Virus record (IMG/VR): IMGVR_UViG_3300020195_000009
Coordinates: 124,001-188,000 of that record
Direction: 5' to 3' (one strand)
DNA: 64,000 nucleotides
The position numbers were made by a program, and so were the translations under genes. The notes under the pieces were generated by a model. It was not told the origin of the DNA, made no database searches, and saw only the letters and a program-made list of their open reading frames with translations. Below are positions 1-8,502 of the stretch, in pieces (position 1 is the first letter of the stretch; each line of letters opens with the position of its first letter).

Positions 1-387
1 CGATTGCAACGGCCCGGTGAACGGGGGGAGCACCAAGGTTGCCGCCCCCGGTGCCGGAGTGACCATTTCGGCGCTTGCCCCATCGATGTAAACAAGCTTG
101 ATCCAAAACGCATCCGTATCCGACAGGGAGAAGTTGGAAGGCTTGAAAATCATCCGAACGTTCTCGCCCGGTTGAATCACATGCTGAGGGCCCGCTACCT
201 CAGGGTCCACCTTTCCTGTTCTGGGGACGGTCATCACCGTGGTCGCGAAAAGACCCCCTGGGTTGTTGGCGACATCCGCCTTGAGCCGGTACTGTTCAAC
301 CAGCTCCGATGCAGGTCGGATCGGAGTGATGAGATCGATCAGGCCGGGTTTGCGACGAAGGATTGAGAACAGGCGGGGGGCTGTCAT
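1..387 (-). CDS. Hypothetical (probably virion) protein, runs off the window edge
   Basis: Manual translation from ATG at 387 (MTAPRLFSILRRKPGLIDLITP...) is open to base 1; it starts 1 nt after the stop of 389..793. Not in the ORF track because it has no stop inside the window. Confidence 0.7.
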   Translation of the reverse strand, partial: MTAPRLFSILRRKPGLIDLITPIRPASELVEQYRLKADVANNPGGLFATTVMTVPRTGKVDPEVAGPQHVIQPGENVRMIFKPSNFSLSDTDAFWIKLVYIDGASAEMVTPAPGAATLVLPPFTGPLQS

Positions 388-388
388 G

Positions 389-793
389 TCACTTCGACCC
401 GGCTACAAGATGATCATAGGTTGCAGCCGCCTCGTTACCCTTCTCGGTACGGGCCAGCTCTTGGGCCTCCCTCCAGGAGCCGGTCTCAACCCCCTCGTAG
501 TTTGCCTGAAGGTTGGCTTTGAAGACGTGGTCCTTCTCTTTTTTGGCCAGCATGTCCCGCCGCTTCGCCCGGTAGGCGTTCTCTTTGATGGACTTGCTAG
601 CCCACCCCCCAGACTCACCCTCCTTGAGAATGAACCCTAGGTTACCGGGGGCGAAGCCAATTTGAGCTGGAAGGCCGCAGGTCTTGCAGGCGAGGGCTTT
701 GGTGCCAGCTTTTACTTGGTCGTACTCCGAGTACGACAGGCGTTGGTCGTGGGTTTCACCGCATTCAAGGCATTCGATTTGGTACGTCGGCAC
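389..793 (-). CDS. FmdB-family zinc-ribbon protein
   Basis: MPTYQIECLECG...ACKTCG, the typical MPxYxYxCxxCG/CxxCG pattern; SD-like GGGAGA upstream. Confidence 0.75.
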   Translation of the reverse strand: MPTYQIECLECGETHDQRLSYSEYDQVKAGTKALACKTCGLPAQIGFAPGNLGFILKEGESGGWASKSIKENAYRAKRRDMLAKKEKDHVFKANLQANYEGVETGSWREAQELARTEKGNEAAATYDHLVAGSK

Positions 794-806
794 GGTCGAT
801 CTCCCT

Positions 807-1706
807 TCATTTCATTTTCATTTCACGCTGAATAGCGTGGCGGAAAGCATCCTCTGCGGCGGTCTTCTTCTTGGGGATCTCCCACTTACGAACATGACCA
901 ATGACAGCCGATACGTGTTTGCAAACCCGATTGATCCTCTCGGGGTCTTTAATGTTCGGAGTTGAAGCCGTACCCACGGGCTTACCGTCTATGTACGCCT
1001 CACCCTTCGCATGGAACTCGGAACCCAACCATCTCCAAGCATGGCAGGAGCATGAGAAGTGGGCGTCCATCTTGGTCAAGGCTTTCACTACCCCTTTGCG
1101 GGTTGCCTTAAGCTTGACCATCTTGGGGCCGTTACCGCAGTTGACAGAGAAGATCCAACGAAGATTGCCAACATCCACTCGTTTGACGGAAACAGCGCAA
1201 GTTTTGGATCGGTCGACGACCTTGGGGTTCAACCCCTCTTCAATCTCGGGAAACCGGGCAGCAATCCGCACCAAACCCTCAAGTGGTACCAAGACCTCAT
1301 GGGCCGTCCGTAGCAACCAGAGCTGCGTCACAGACTCAACGAGGTGGGCGTTGTGACGGTTGGGGATCTTGTCCCGGTACGGGTAACGGGTCTTGGAATA
1401 GTCGTTGTCGGGTCGTTCACCAAGCCCGTTGTAGCTAGGTTGGGCTTTCGAGTGGTCGATCTCGTCCGCCCGCCCTTGGTCCTTCAACAGATCGTCGGCG
1501 TTGTCGACATGGTAGATCGACTGGTTGTTCATGGAAGGCTCTCGGGGAGGCTCGCCGGGTGGCTTTGCAAACGTAGAGGACCCAGGGATAGCGGGGTCCA
1601 AAGACAAGCCCTTCCCCGCCGGGTCACCACTGGGGAGCTTGGACTCCGAAAGTGCCGACCCACCCGCTGTGCCGTAAGGCGGGCGAATAACAAGCGGCTG
1701 GATCAT
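807..1706 (-). CDS. SWIM-type zinc-finger protein (putative virion morphogenesis)
   Basis: FSCSCHAW...VCKHV (CxC...CxH) in the C-terminal half; carries the VRIAARF motif. Confidence 0.6.
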   Translation of the reverse strand: MIQPLVIRPPYGTAGGSALSESKLPSGDPAGKGLSLDPAIPGSSTFAKPPGEPPREPSMNNQSIYHVDNADDLLKDQGRADEIDHSKAQPSYNGLGERPDNDYSKTRYPYRDKIPNRHNAHLVESVTQLWLLRTAHEVLVPLEGLVRIAARFPEIEEGLNPKVVDRSKTCAVSVKRVDVGNLRWIFSVNCGNGPKMVKLKATRKGVVKALTKMDAHFSCSCHAWRWLGSEFHAKGEAYIDGKPVGTASTPNIKDPERINRVCKHVSAVIGHVRKWEIPKKKTAAEDAFRHAIQREMKMK

Positions 1707-2458
1707 GGGGAGGCTGCCTTCCCCCGCGCTCTCTTCTCGGCCTTGTATATCCGATTCTGTTCTCGCCGTCTTGCTTTACGTGCCCGCTCCTCAGGGGGGA
1801 GATGAGCGTCTCTGGCGATTGCATTCGCAGCAACCGTTTCCCAAGCCTTGCGCAACCCCTCGGCGTTAGCCTTCTGCCACTCAGGATCAGCATGCTGCTT
1901 ACGAAGCTGCTCTAGGTTCTGCTTTCGCCACTCAGGATTGGCGAGCTTTGCTTGAGCACCCCTTGAACAAGCGTCCCTGTACTCAAGGTCAGCCGCTCTC
2001 TTCTTGGCCCCCTCCGCCACATTCTTCCGCCACTCAGGGTTAGCGGTTCGCTTGCGAACACCTTCCCGAAGCTTCTCTTGGCAAACAGGATCAGCCGCCC
2101 TTTTCAATGCGGCTTCTGCCACATTCCTCTGCCACTTGGGATTTGCCGACCGTTTGCGAGCCCCTTCTCTACTACGTTCCAGAATCTCAGGGATAGAAAA
2201 GTCCACACCTTCTCCGCCAGAGGTAAGGTTGTAGCCCTTAGGAGTGAGGCAGTCGTGGGTTGCTATCTGTCGGATTTCTGCCGCAAGGAGGTCTGCGCGA
2301 ACACCTTCAACGACCTCAAGGCAAACTACCGTAAAGTTTGGGACACCATACTTACGCATCGCCCTATGTAGGGGGTAAGAGCTGCCATTTTTGGCGGCGC
2401 TCAAATGCTCCCCCCAACGCTTTGCGATGAGCTTGGTGAGCCCAACGTACCTAGCCAT
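1703..2458 (-). CDS. GIY-YIG homing-endonuclease-like protein, N-terminally truncated, with six 17-aa C-terminal repeats
   Basis: YVGLT, KRWGEH, AEI and GYNLTSGGEG motifs are present; the first GIY motif is absent; repeats are of the type xRKRxA[ND]PEWxxxxxEG. Confidence 0.7.
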   Translation of the reverse strand: MARYVGLTKLIAKRWGEHLSAAKNGSSYPLHRAMRKYGVPNFTVVCLEVVEGVRADLLAAEIRQIATHDCLTPKGYNLTSGGEGVDFSIPEILERSREGARKRSANPKWQRNVAEAALKRAADPVCQEKLREGVRKRTANPEWRKNVAEGAKKRAADLEYRDACSRGAQAKLANPEWRKQNLEQLRKQHADPEWQKANAEGLRKAWETVAANAIARDAHLPPEERARKARRREQNRIYKAEKRARGKAASP

Positions 2459-2467
2459 CCGAGTGCC

Positions 2468-3214
2468 CTACTTGTGCTTGTCTTTGATGACCGATTTGTT
2501 CTTCTCCCAGTTGTCCGCGATCTCCTCCAATTGAGCGTCCGTGAGGGCCGGGTTGGACTTTTTGAAGCCATCCATCACGTCCTCACGTGAATCCGCTTGC
2601 ATCGGTCCCATCGCCTCGACAGCTTCCTGAGCTGTCTGGGATAGGGCCATCTTGACGTAATGGAGGCCAGCGATGACCACGTGCCGGTTGGGAGTGGCCG
2701 TCTTCTCGATGTAGTTCGCAAGTTGGCGGAGATGCGAGGCGATGCGATTGGTCGATGCGAGTTTGAACATGGCCTGCTTCCCTTGACCCATTTGAGGAGT
2801 CGTTTGAATCGGTTGGATGTACGGCGAACGACGATCGATATGCCGGATTCGGACGTCTTTGAGAACCCGCTCCAGCTCTTCAACCTTCTCTGGCTTGAGA
2901 GACTGCTTCAACTCCTCGTAGTCAAGACGAGAGGCCGCTAGAGCCGTAGCGTCCAGCGCCTTGTCAAGCCTGAAAAGAGCATCGGGGAGGCCATAGATGA
3001 CATCCCCGGCAACTTCGTAGAAGTGGTCTCGATGGCTGGATTGCGAGATGAGCCGCACAGCCTTGTCAACGAAGTCTTTGAGTTGAGCACAACGCATGCG
3101 AGCGTCGGTCAGCTCCTCCATTAAATAAACCGTTACCCCAGCCTCTTTTGAGAGGGCAGCCGTCACTAAATCGGGGAGGGAGATACCCTCTTCGAGCTTC
3201 TCGTCTGACGCCAT
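2468..3214 (-). CDS. Hypothetical helical protein (putative internal head protein)
   Basis: 248-aa ORF with late-type motif 16 nt upstream; several KxA motifs (KEAG, KQAM, KLAS, KTAT). Confidence 0.6.
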   Translation of the reverse strand: MASDEKLEEGISLPDLVTAALSKEAGVTVYLMEELTDARMRCAQLKDFVDKAVRLISQSSHRDHFYEVAGDVIYGLPDALFRLDKALDATALAASRLDYEELKQSLKPEKVEELERVLKDVRIRHIDRRSPYIQPIQTTPQMGQGKQAMFKLASTNRIASHLRQLANYIEKTATPNRHVVIAGLHYVKMALSQTAQEAVEAMGPMQADSREDVMDGFKKSNPALTDAQLEEIADNWEKNKSVIKDKHK

Positions 3215-3249
3215 CGCAAGACGAGAAGCTACAAGAGAAGTAGCGGCAC

Positions 3250-4551
3250 CTATGCTGCGAAGGCTTCCGGGAACTCCTCCAGGAGAACCCGCTTGAAGTC
3301 ATCGGATTCCGCAGCGAAGATCGCCCGGATGACGTCCAGACGATCCTCAAAGTTCAGACGGATCATCGCCAACCGACGCTTCCAGTGGTCACTGAACTCG
3401 TACTCGGTTGGGAAATCCTTGCAGATAGCCTTGGCGATGCTCTTTCGGGCGTCCGCCGTCCCATCCTTATCGATCTTGGATTGACCCTCTTCAGGGCCTC
3501 CCTGAAGAGCCCCTTGCTGAGGCTGGACCATCTGCATGTTTCCGAAGGCCTTCTTGGGGCCATTCGTGTTGCGGAAGGTCATCCCTTCGGCTTCGACGAC
3601 GCTCTCCTTGGGCTTACCGCCCATACCCGAGAGGTCGGCAATCTCAGTCCCACCCCCCGTTGAAAGGGTAGTCTGGATGCCCTCGGTCTGGGAGACCCGC
3701 TGGCCTTGGGGGATCTGAGCTACCACCCTGGACTGAGCCGGTGCTGCTTGAACCCGCTGAGGTTGAGCCGAAGCTTGACGCTGGCCCATCCCCGGCTGGT
3801 TGTTGGCCGCCATGTTGTGCGACTGAGCTTGAGGGGGGACGTAGCCGACGCCTCGGCTCATCACGTCGCCCTTATGAGCCTCCTTCTCAGCGAGATACTG
3901 GGAACGCTGATCTTCGGTCATCCTAGCGAGGACCTCTTGCTCCGAGATGCCCTCCCCCGGTCGAACCTTCACCTGTTCGGCAGTTCGGATGGCAGAACCC
4001 ACGGTGTCCGGGGTCACCCTCGTCTCCATCCTGGCGGGAGTCATGAGGGTACGAGCCACGGGAACACCGAACTCCGCGCCCCCCATCTCGATGGCTCCAG
4101 GACCCCCGTTGAAAGAACGAGCAACCCCACCACCTCGGTTCTGCTGAGCCCGAACGGATTGAGTCTGCTGTTGAGCGGCGGCTGCCCGGTCCCCACGGGA
4201 CATCACGATGCGCTCATCCGACTCGACGGTCGTGATGGCGTTCCTCTTGACCGGCTGCATCGGGTTCTGGCCAAAATCGTTGGCCGACCGGACCTGGATG
4301 TTGGCTGAGGGTGCCGCTTGAATGGGGTCGCTCGGGTCGTAAGTCTCGGAGGGGACGAGCCACCCGAGCTTGAGAGCCCCCCGAAGGGTCGGGAGTACGA
4401 ACCTCTGACCGCCGACTTCCACGTTGGTCCCGTCGAACAGGACCTCCATCTCCGTAGCAACCGTGTAACCCGTGCTTCCTAGAGCAAAGGACCGGGTTGA
4501 AACGTACGAAATCATCTGGCCGGGTTTGAATTTGATCTGATCCATCATCAT
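3250..4551 (-). CDS. Hypothetical protein with Q/G-rich low-complexity middle
   Basis: 433-aa ORF with SD-like GAGGAG upstream and genome-typical codon usage. Confidence 0.65.
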   Translation of the reverse strand: MMMDQIKFKPGQMISYVSTRSFALGSTGYTVATEMEVLFDGTNVEVGGQRFVLPTLRGALKLGWLVPSETYDPSDPIQAAPSANIQVRSANDFGQNPMQPVKRNAITTVESDERIVMSRGDRAAAAQQQTQSVRAQQNRGGGVARSFNGGPGAIEMGGAEFGVPVARTLMTPARMETRVTPDTVGSAIRTAEQVKVRPGEGISEQEVLARMTEDQRSQYLAEKEAHKGDVMSRGVGYVPPQAQSHNMAANNQPGMGQRQASAQPQRVQAAPAQSRVVAQIPQGQRVSQTEGIQTTLSTGGGTEIADLSGMGGKPKESVVEAEGMTFRNTNGPKKAFGNMQMVQPQQGALQGGPEEGQSKIDKDGTADARKSIAKAICKDFPTEYEFSDHWKRRLAMIRLNFEDRLDVIRAIFAAESDDFKRVLLEEFPEAFAA

Positions 4552-4616
4552 TTGGAGGCTCCTCTATAGGGGTGCTTACCCCCTACTCATAGGGATCCCA
4601 TAAAAGGATTCATGCC

Positions 4617-5081
4617 CTAGCCAGCCCGGGGGCCACAAAACTCACACGAGGCTTTAGGAACTCGATGCCACCTTACGTGTGTGTGGTAGCGACCTAGCTT
4701 TGACGCCTCTAGGTTCACCTGAGAAGAATCGACGGATCGAGACCAAGGTAGAGGCCCCCCGAAGTCCCATAGCTGCACTTCCTCTATGGCTAGAAACCCA
4801 AGGGAGAGGCGACATTCGTTGATAAAGATGAGCAGCTCTGAAGAAATCCAAAAGAACTCTCTGGTGAGAGTAATGCGGTCCTTCTTAAACTGGAAGTGGA
4901 CCTCTTTTTCAGGGGTGTTGGTCCAAGCGAGGAGGGCGATTCTTCGGAACGTATTTGTTCGGAGGTTGTAGAGCCGAGTGGTGATTCGAGCACTAACTCC
5001 GATCTTTACCACATTTGGCTCAACGAGGGCGATGTAGGTGCCCTTAGTTGCCGGGGCCGGAAGGTCTACGAGGTGAACCAT
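4617..5081 (-). CDS. T5orf172/MUG113-like GIY-YIG nuclease-domain protein
   Basis: TYIA...VKIGVS...RL..L...EKEVH..F...REFF pattern; C-terminal H/H/CxxC; lower GC than its neighbours. Confidence 0.65.
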   Translation of the reverse strand: MVHLVDLPAPATKGTYIALVEPNVVKIGVSARITTRLYNLRTNTFRRIALLAWTNTPEKEVHFQFKKDRITLTREFFWISSELLIFINECRLSLGFLAIEEVQLWDFGGPLPWSRSVDSSQVNLEASKLGRYHTHVRWHRVPKASCEFCGPRAG

Positions 5082-5092
5082 GGCTCTACAAA

Positions 5093-5131
5093 ACGAGCGG
5101 GGGTGGGCCCTCCTCAGGACCCACCCCTCGT
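5093..5131 (-). terminator. Intrinsic terminator after HU
   Basis: Hairpin ACGAGGGGTGGGTCC...GGGCCCACCCCCGCTCGT followed by TTT on the minus strand. Confidence 0.65.
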
Positions 5132-5147
5132 ATCGCCTCGTCGTCGG

Positions 5148-5477
5148 TCACTTCTTGCGGCTGGCTTTGCTCGTATCCGGGAGTTGCCCCACCGTCACCT
5201 TGAGGGCCTTCACGAACCGAGCCTTGAGCTTCTTGGACGCAGGCTTCGCTGGAACGGTCATCGTCGCTCCCGTTGCCGGGTTGCGGGCCTTCCGCTCCTG
5301 CTTCGGGGGGACCTTCACGAGGAGAAGCTTCGCGATCCCAGGGACAACGAACTTCCCATCCTTCTTGAGGGTCTTTCCGCAGACCAAGTTCAAGGCGTTG
5401 AGAAACGCCTTCACATGAGTCTTGGTCGTCCCGTCCATCTCTTCCGCGATTGCAGTGATGAGTTGCGTCTTTGTCAT
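5148..5477 (-). CDS. hup: HU-family DNA-binding protein
   Basis: MTKTQLITAIAE...FVVPGIAKL...RKARNPATG...PAK...KAR..KALK signature. Confidence 0.93.
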   Translation of the reverse strand: MTKTQLITAIAEEMDGTTKTHVKAFLNALNLVCGKTLKKDGKFVVPGIAKLLLVKVPPKQERKARNPATGATMTVPAKPASKKLKARFVKALKVTVGQLPDTSKASRKK

Positions 5478-5575
5478 CTGTTTCCTTCCGATCTAGCTAT
5501 CTTGAGTTAGGGGTACGCTCGTTAGTGAGCTATCTTAGCTTACCTACACCAGCCGTGTCACGTAAAAGCAGAAAA

Positions 5576-6049
5576 TCAAACAGAAGATGTTTGCCCGTTC
5601 ATCGATTCAGCCGCTTCAAGCATTTCCTGAAGGGCCGAATCACCTGACCCGGTTTCAACAGTACCTTGGGCCGGGTCTTCCGTAGACCAAAGCCCAGTGA
5701 GGGCTCCTGAGCCGCTGAGCATCAAAAGAGCCTGCTCTGCAAAGACAGTCTCCGTCTCCCTCAGCCTGTGGAAACCTTGGATGTGCTCCTGGACGGCCTT
5801 GTACGAGTCCTTGATGGCTTCCTCGTCCGTAGGTCCTGTCCCCTCCCAAGATTGATCGAAGGAGACTTGAATCCCCCCAACATCGTCGATCCCCTTGGTC
5901 CCTTGGAGTGAGGCCCTAAATTTCCAACCCCCAAGCCCAATGTCTGAAGGCGAGTGTTGAAACTCGAAGAGTACCTTGGTGACCGATTGAGGATCGATCG
6001 ACTTTCCGAGGAAGAGTAGGGCGTCAGCAAGGACCGAGAGGTGGCTCAT
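5576..6049 (-). CDS. Hypothetical protein
   Basis: 157-aa ORF preceded by GGTGTA motif and SD-like GAGAGG. Confidence 0.6.
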   Translation of the reverse strand: MSHLSVLADALLFLGKSIDPQSVTKVLFEFQHSPSDIGLGGWKFRASLQGTKGIDDVGGIQVSFDQSWEGTGPTDEEAIKDSYKAVQEHIQGFHRLRETETVFAEQALLMLSGSGALTGLWSTEDPAQGTVETGSGDSALQEMLEAAESMNGQTSSV

Positions 6050-6072
6050 GCCGCCTCTCTACACCAGAAGCC

Positions 6073-6681
6073 TCAGACTAGGGCTTGGTTTCCGATCTGC
6101 ACCTTGTGGAAAGTCCCGTTGAAGTCGCTTCCGGTAGCGACCCCACCGACCCCAACGAACACGTAACTAGGCTGAAAAGGAGCCCATGTGGCCGTTGGGT
6201 TGGTCCCCCACGTGGTCGTAGCCGTTTCACTCTGCCGAAACTTGGCGAACCTTGCCCCATCGATGGCTTGCTCAGAGTTCCAGGAGTAGCGAAGCCTCAT
6301 CTGGGCTCCCGCTACCTCTGCGGCGAATTGGCCGGCAGCGACCAAGACCCCCGCAGCGGATCGTTGATGGACGATAGCTTGGTTGTCTGTAGTGAGATAA
6401 ATTTCAAGAAACCGCGTTGGAGAAACGGCGGCATCCGCAAGGACCACAAGAGACCTGGAGGAGCCCGTAGCCCCAGTCGTGATCCACAGGTCAATGGCCC
6501 CTTTGATCCCTGAGATTTGCGTTACCGCGTAACGACCAACCCCAAGACCCGTGAAGACAAGTCCGGGGAGAAGCTCGGTTACCCTCGGTGCCCTCTGAGA
6601 GGCACCAACCATGGGGAGCCCAGGGTTCATCGAGAGGTCCCCGATCATGCCGGTTGGGTAGAGAATGAAGGGCTCGGTCAT
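6073..6681 (-). CDS. Putative virion protein, LamG/concanavalin-like beta-sandwich
   Basis: Beta-rich pattern GAIDLW...LEIYL...YSWN...FVG...FNGTFHKVQI; immediately downstream of the capsid gene; late motif 18 nt upstream. Confidence 0.5.
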   Translation of the reverse strand: MTEPFILYPTGMIGDLSMNPGLPMVGASQRAPRVTELLPGLVFTGLGVGRYAVTQISGIKGAIDLWITTGATGSSRSLVVLADAAVSPTRFLEIYLTTDNQAIVHQRSAAGVLVAAGQFAAEVAGAQMRLRYSWNSEQAIDGARFAKFRQSETATTTWGTNPTATWAPFQPSYVFVGVGGVATGSDFNGTFHKVQIGNQALV

Positions 6682-6699
6682 CGTACCCGAAGGCGGGAT

Positions 6700-6708
6700 A
6701 CAAGAAGA
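6700..6708 (-). promoter_or_regulatory. Putative late promoter motif TCnTCTTRT (representative copy)
   Basis: Similar copies at 3231, 13641, 16419, 21410, 28283, 29203 and 54848; most lie 16-21 nt before a start codon. Confidence 0.55.
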
Positions 6709-6732
6709 TCAGGCGGGAGGGGACGGTACCAC

Positions 6733-6772
6733 AAAGCCGAAAGGCCACCCCGGTTTCCCAGGATGGCCTTTC
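6733..6772 (-). terminator. Intrinsic terminator after major capsid gene
   Basis: GAAAGGCCATCCTGG-GAAA-CCGGGGTGGCCTTTC hairpin followed by GGCTTT. Confidence 0.65.
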
Positions 6773-6800
6773 AACAGTGGCTTATTCAGCCTGCTTCGTG

Positions 6801-7673
6801 TCAGACGCGGGTGACGATCAACCGTGTGAGACCACGTGGGTTGAACGCCCCTATACCCACGTTCTCGAAACATGAGAAGCCGATTGTCCGGGCCTTCGGA
6901 TCGTCCGCGGAAAGCACGGTGAGTTCCGTGCGGACCGGGAAGCGGCCGAAGTTCTCCGGCTCGGCGCAGATGTACACGAACCCGGCTGGAACCAGCCGCG
7001 ACGTGATGATCTGAGCACCCCAGAGAGTGGCCTGGAGGCCAGTCTTGAGGAGGACTGCCTGGCTCTCGATGTCCAGGATGTCCCGACCGAACTTGCGGAT
7101 GTCCGCGTAGTCCGTCGCATTCATGTAGATACGAGCGACCCGGAGGTCGTGACGTTCCACTTCTGCGAAGGCGTCCGCGAGGACCGAGGGGCTGATCGGA
7201 GCCACGACGTTGATGTCGGGGTTCGTCTGGCCGGGGAGGGTGTCGAAGCCCGAGACAGCGATGCTGTCGAGGACGGCGAACACACGCTCATCTTCGGCTG
7301 CCTGGATCTGCGCCTTGGCGAGGTCCTGGCTGCGTTCGATGAGGTCGAAGCGGCGCTCCTTGATCTGCGTGAGCGGGATCTCCGGGTTCGAGGCGATCTC
7401 GAACAGCGGGAAGATCACGCGACGAGGCTTCTGGATGGCGAGAATGTTCTCGCCCTCTTCGCCGACGACGTAGGCCGTGACGTCCGGGTCCTTGTCGTAG
7501 ATCGGAAGGGCTCCGTCCGGGAGCTGCTCCACCAAGAAGGTCTTACGACCCACTGCCGTGTAGTCACGGCGAAGGCGAAGCGGTTGGATCATGGAAGCAG
7601 CGAGCTTCGCTCGGCCAGCGGCCGTTTTGATGTACTCGCTGATGATCTGCTGCTTGATGTCGTTGGATACCAT
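6801..7673 (-). CDS. Major capsid protein (HK97 fold)
   Basis: 290 aa with very strong codon bias, downstream of protease-scaffold-decoration genes. The segment LAASMIQPLRLRRDY...PIYD...FEIASNPEI...AAEDERVF resembles, from recall only, capsids of Bxz1/cluster-C-like large phages. Confidence 0.85.
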   Translation of the reverse strand: MVSNDIKQQIISEYIKTAAGRAKLAASMIQPLRLRRDYTAVGRKTFLVEQLPDGALPIYDKDPDVTAYVVGEEGENILAIQKPRRVIFPLFEIASNPEIPLTQIKERRFDLIERSQDLAKAQIQAAEDERVFAVLDSIAVSGFDTLPGQTNPDINVVAPISPSVLADAFAEVERHDLRVARIYMNATDYADIRKFGRDILDIESQAVLLKTGLQATLWGAQIITSRLVPAGFVYICAEPENFGRFPVRTELTVLSADDPKARTIGFSCFENVGIGAFNPRGLTRLIVTRV

Positions 7674-7696
7674 GTTCGTGCCTTTCTTCCTTCCGC

Positions 7697-8347
7697 TCAG
7701 ATCCGAAGATCCAGCACGAGCATGGGGGTGCTGGCGTCAGGGGCAGCCTTGACGATGCCAACAACAGTTGGGGCGGTCGGAGTGGTGGCGTACGCTACCG
7801 CTGCGAAGAGCTGCTCATAGGCGTCGTCCGGGTTGTTCGTGAGAAGCCCGTTCGCCGAGGCGTAGAGACGGTCACCCGCCGCGTAGACGAGGTCGTCACC
7901 AGCATTGCCGGGACCCGTCGCCTGTTGGATCTTGGTCTCGTAGATCGTGACCCCGATCGTCGAACCCGCCCCACAGACGTAGGAGCCTCGACCAGAAGCC
8001 GGACCTGGGGTGTTCTCGAAGGCGTTGCCGACAGCATCGTTGAGATAGATGCCGAGAGGCATGATGCCAGCGAGGAACACCGGGCCAGCGGTGGTGAACG
8101 CACCTCCGTGGAGGTTGTTGCCGACTTGAGGTCGCGTGAAAGCGACCGATCCACCCAGAACGCCGACCTTGGTGATGCCGGCGAGAGTGGTGCTCTTGGT
8201 TGTTGCGCCCGTGTAGACGACAGGGTTCGCCTGGGTGAAGGCATCTGCCGTGAGGGCACCAACCGCGTTGCGGGTGACCACATGAAACAGATGAACTCGA
8301 CCAGAGGTTTCCTTGAAGTCACCCGAGCTTTGTCCGCGCATGCTCAT
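7697..8347 (-). CDS. Head decoration/cement protein
   Basis: Gly/Ala/Thr-rich 216-aa protein directly upstream of the capsid gene; Y..GDRLY.S.NGLLT...VGIV..AP pattern typical of beta-tulip cement proteins. Confidence 0.65.
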   Translation of the reverse strand: MSMRGQSSGDFKETSGRVHLFHVVTRNAVGALTADAFTQANPVVYTGATTKSTTLAGITKVGVLGGSVAFTRPQVGNNLHGGAFTTAGPVFLAGIMPLGIYLNDAVGNAFENTPGPASGRGSYVCGAGSTIGVTIYETKIQQATGPGNAGDDLVYAAGDRLYASANGLLTNNPDDAYEQLFAAVAYATTPTAPTVVGIVKAAPDASTPMLVLDLRI

Positions 8348-8471
8348 TGAATGCGTCTCCTATGGGCGGGAAAGCGTTGGGGGTCTTCACATCTACATTT
8401 GCATCTAGGCAACCACCGAAGTGATTGAGAGAGTCACCCAATGAAGGGTGATTGAAGGATTATTGAAGACC

Positions 8472-8496
8472 GGAGGGCTTCAAGTTGAAGCCCTCC
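8472..8496 (-). terminator. Hairpin (probable terminator) after scaffold gene
   Basis: Inverted repeat GGAGGGCTTCAA/TTGAAGCCCTCC. Confidence 0.5.
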
Positions 8497-8502
8497 TAAT
8501 CC

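Noticed and set aside
2459-2470. Genome-wide stop-codon reassignment, suggested by an in-frame TAG between two ORFs
   Set aside because: Conserved genes are full length in code 11 and end at TAG, TGA and TAA at expected positions; no suppressor tRNA was seen.
5148-5477. Host assignment (e.g. Myxococcota) from HU type, GC content and tmRNA tag
   Set aside because: Suggestive only; it cannot be supported without phylogeny or CRISPR-spacer matches.
6801-7673. Encapsulin rather than viral capsid
   Set aside because: Portal, terminase, protease and scaffold genes in the same module indicate a true phage head.
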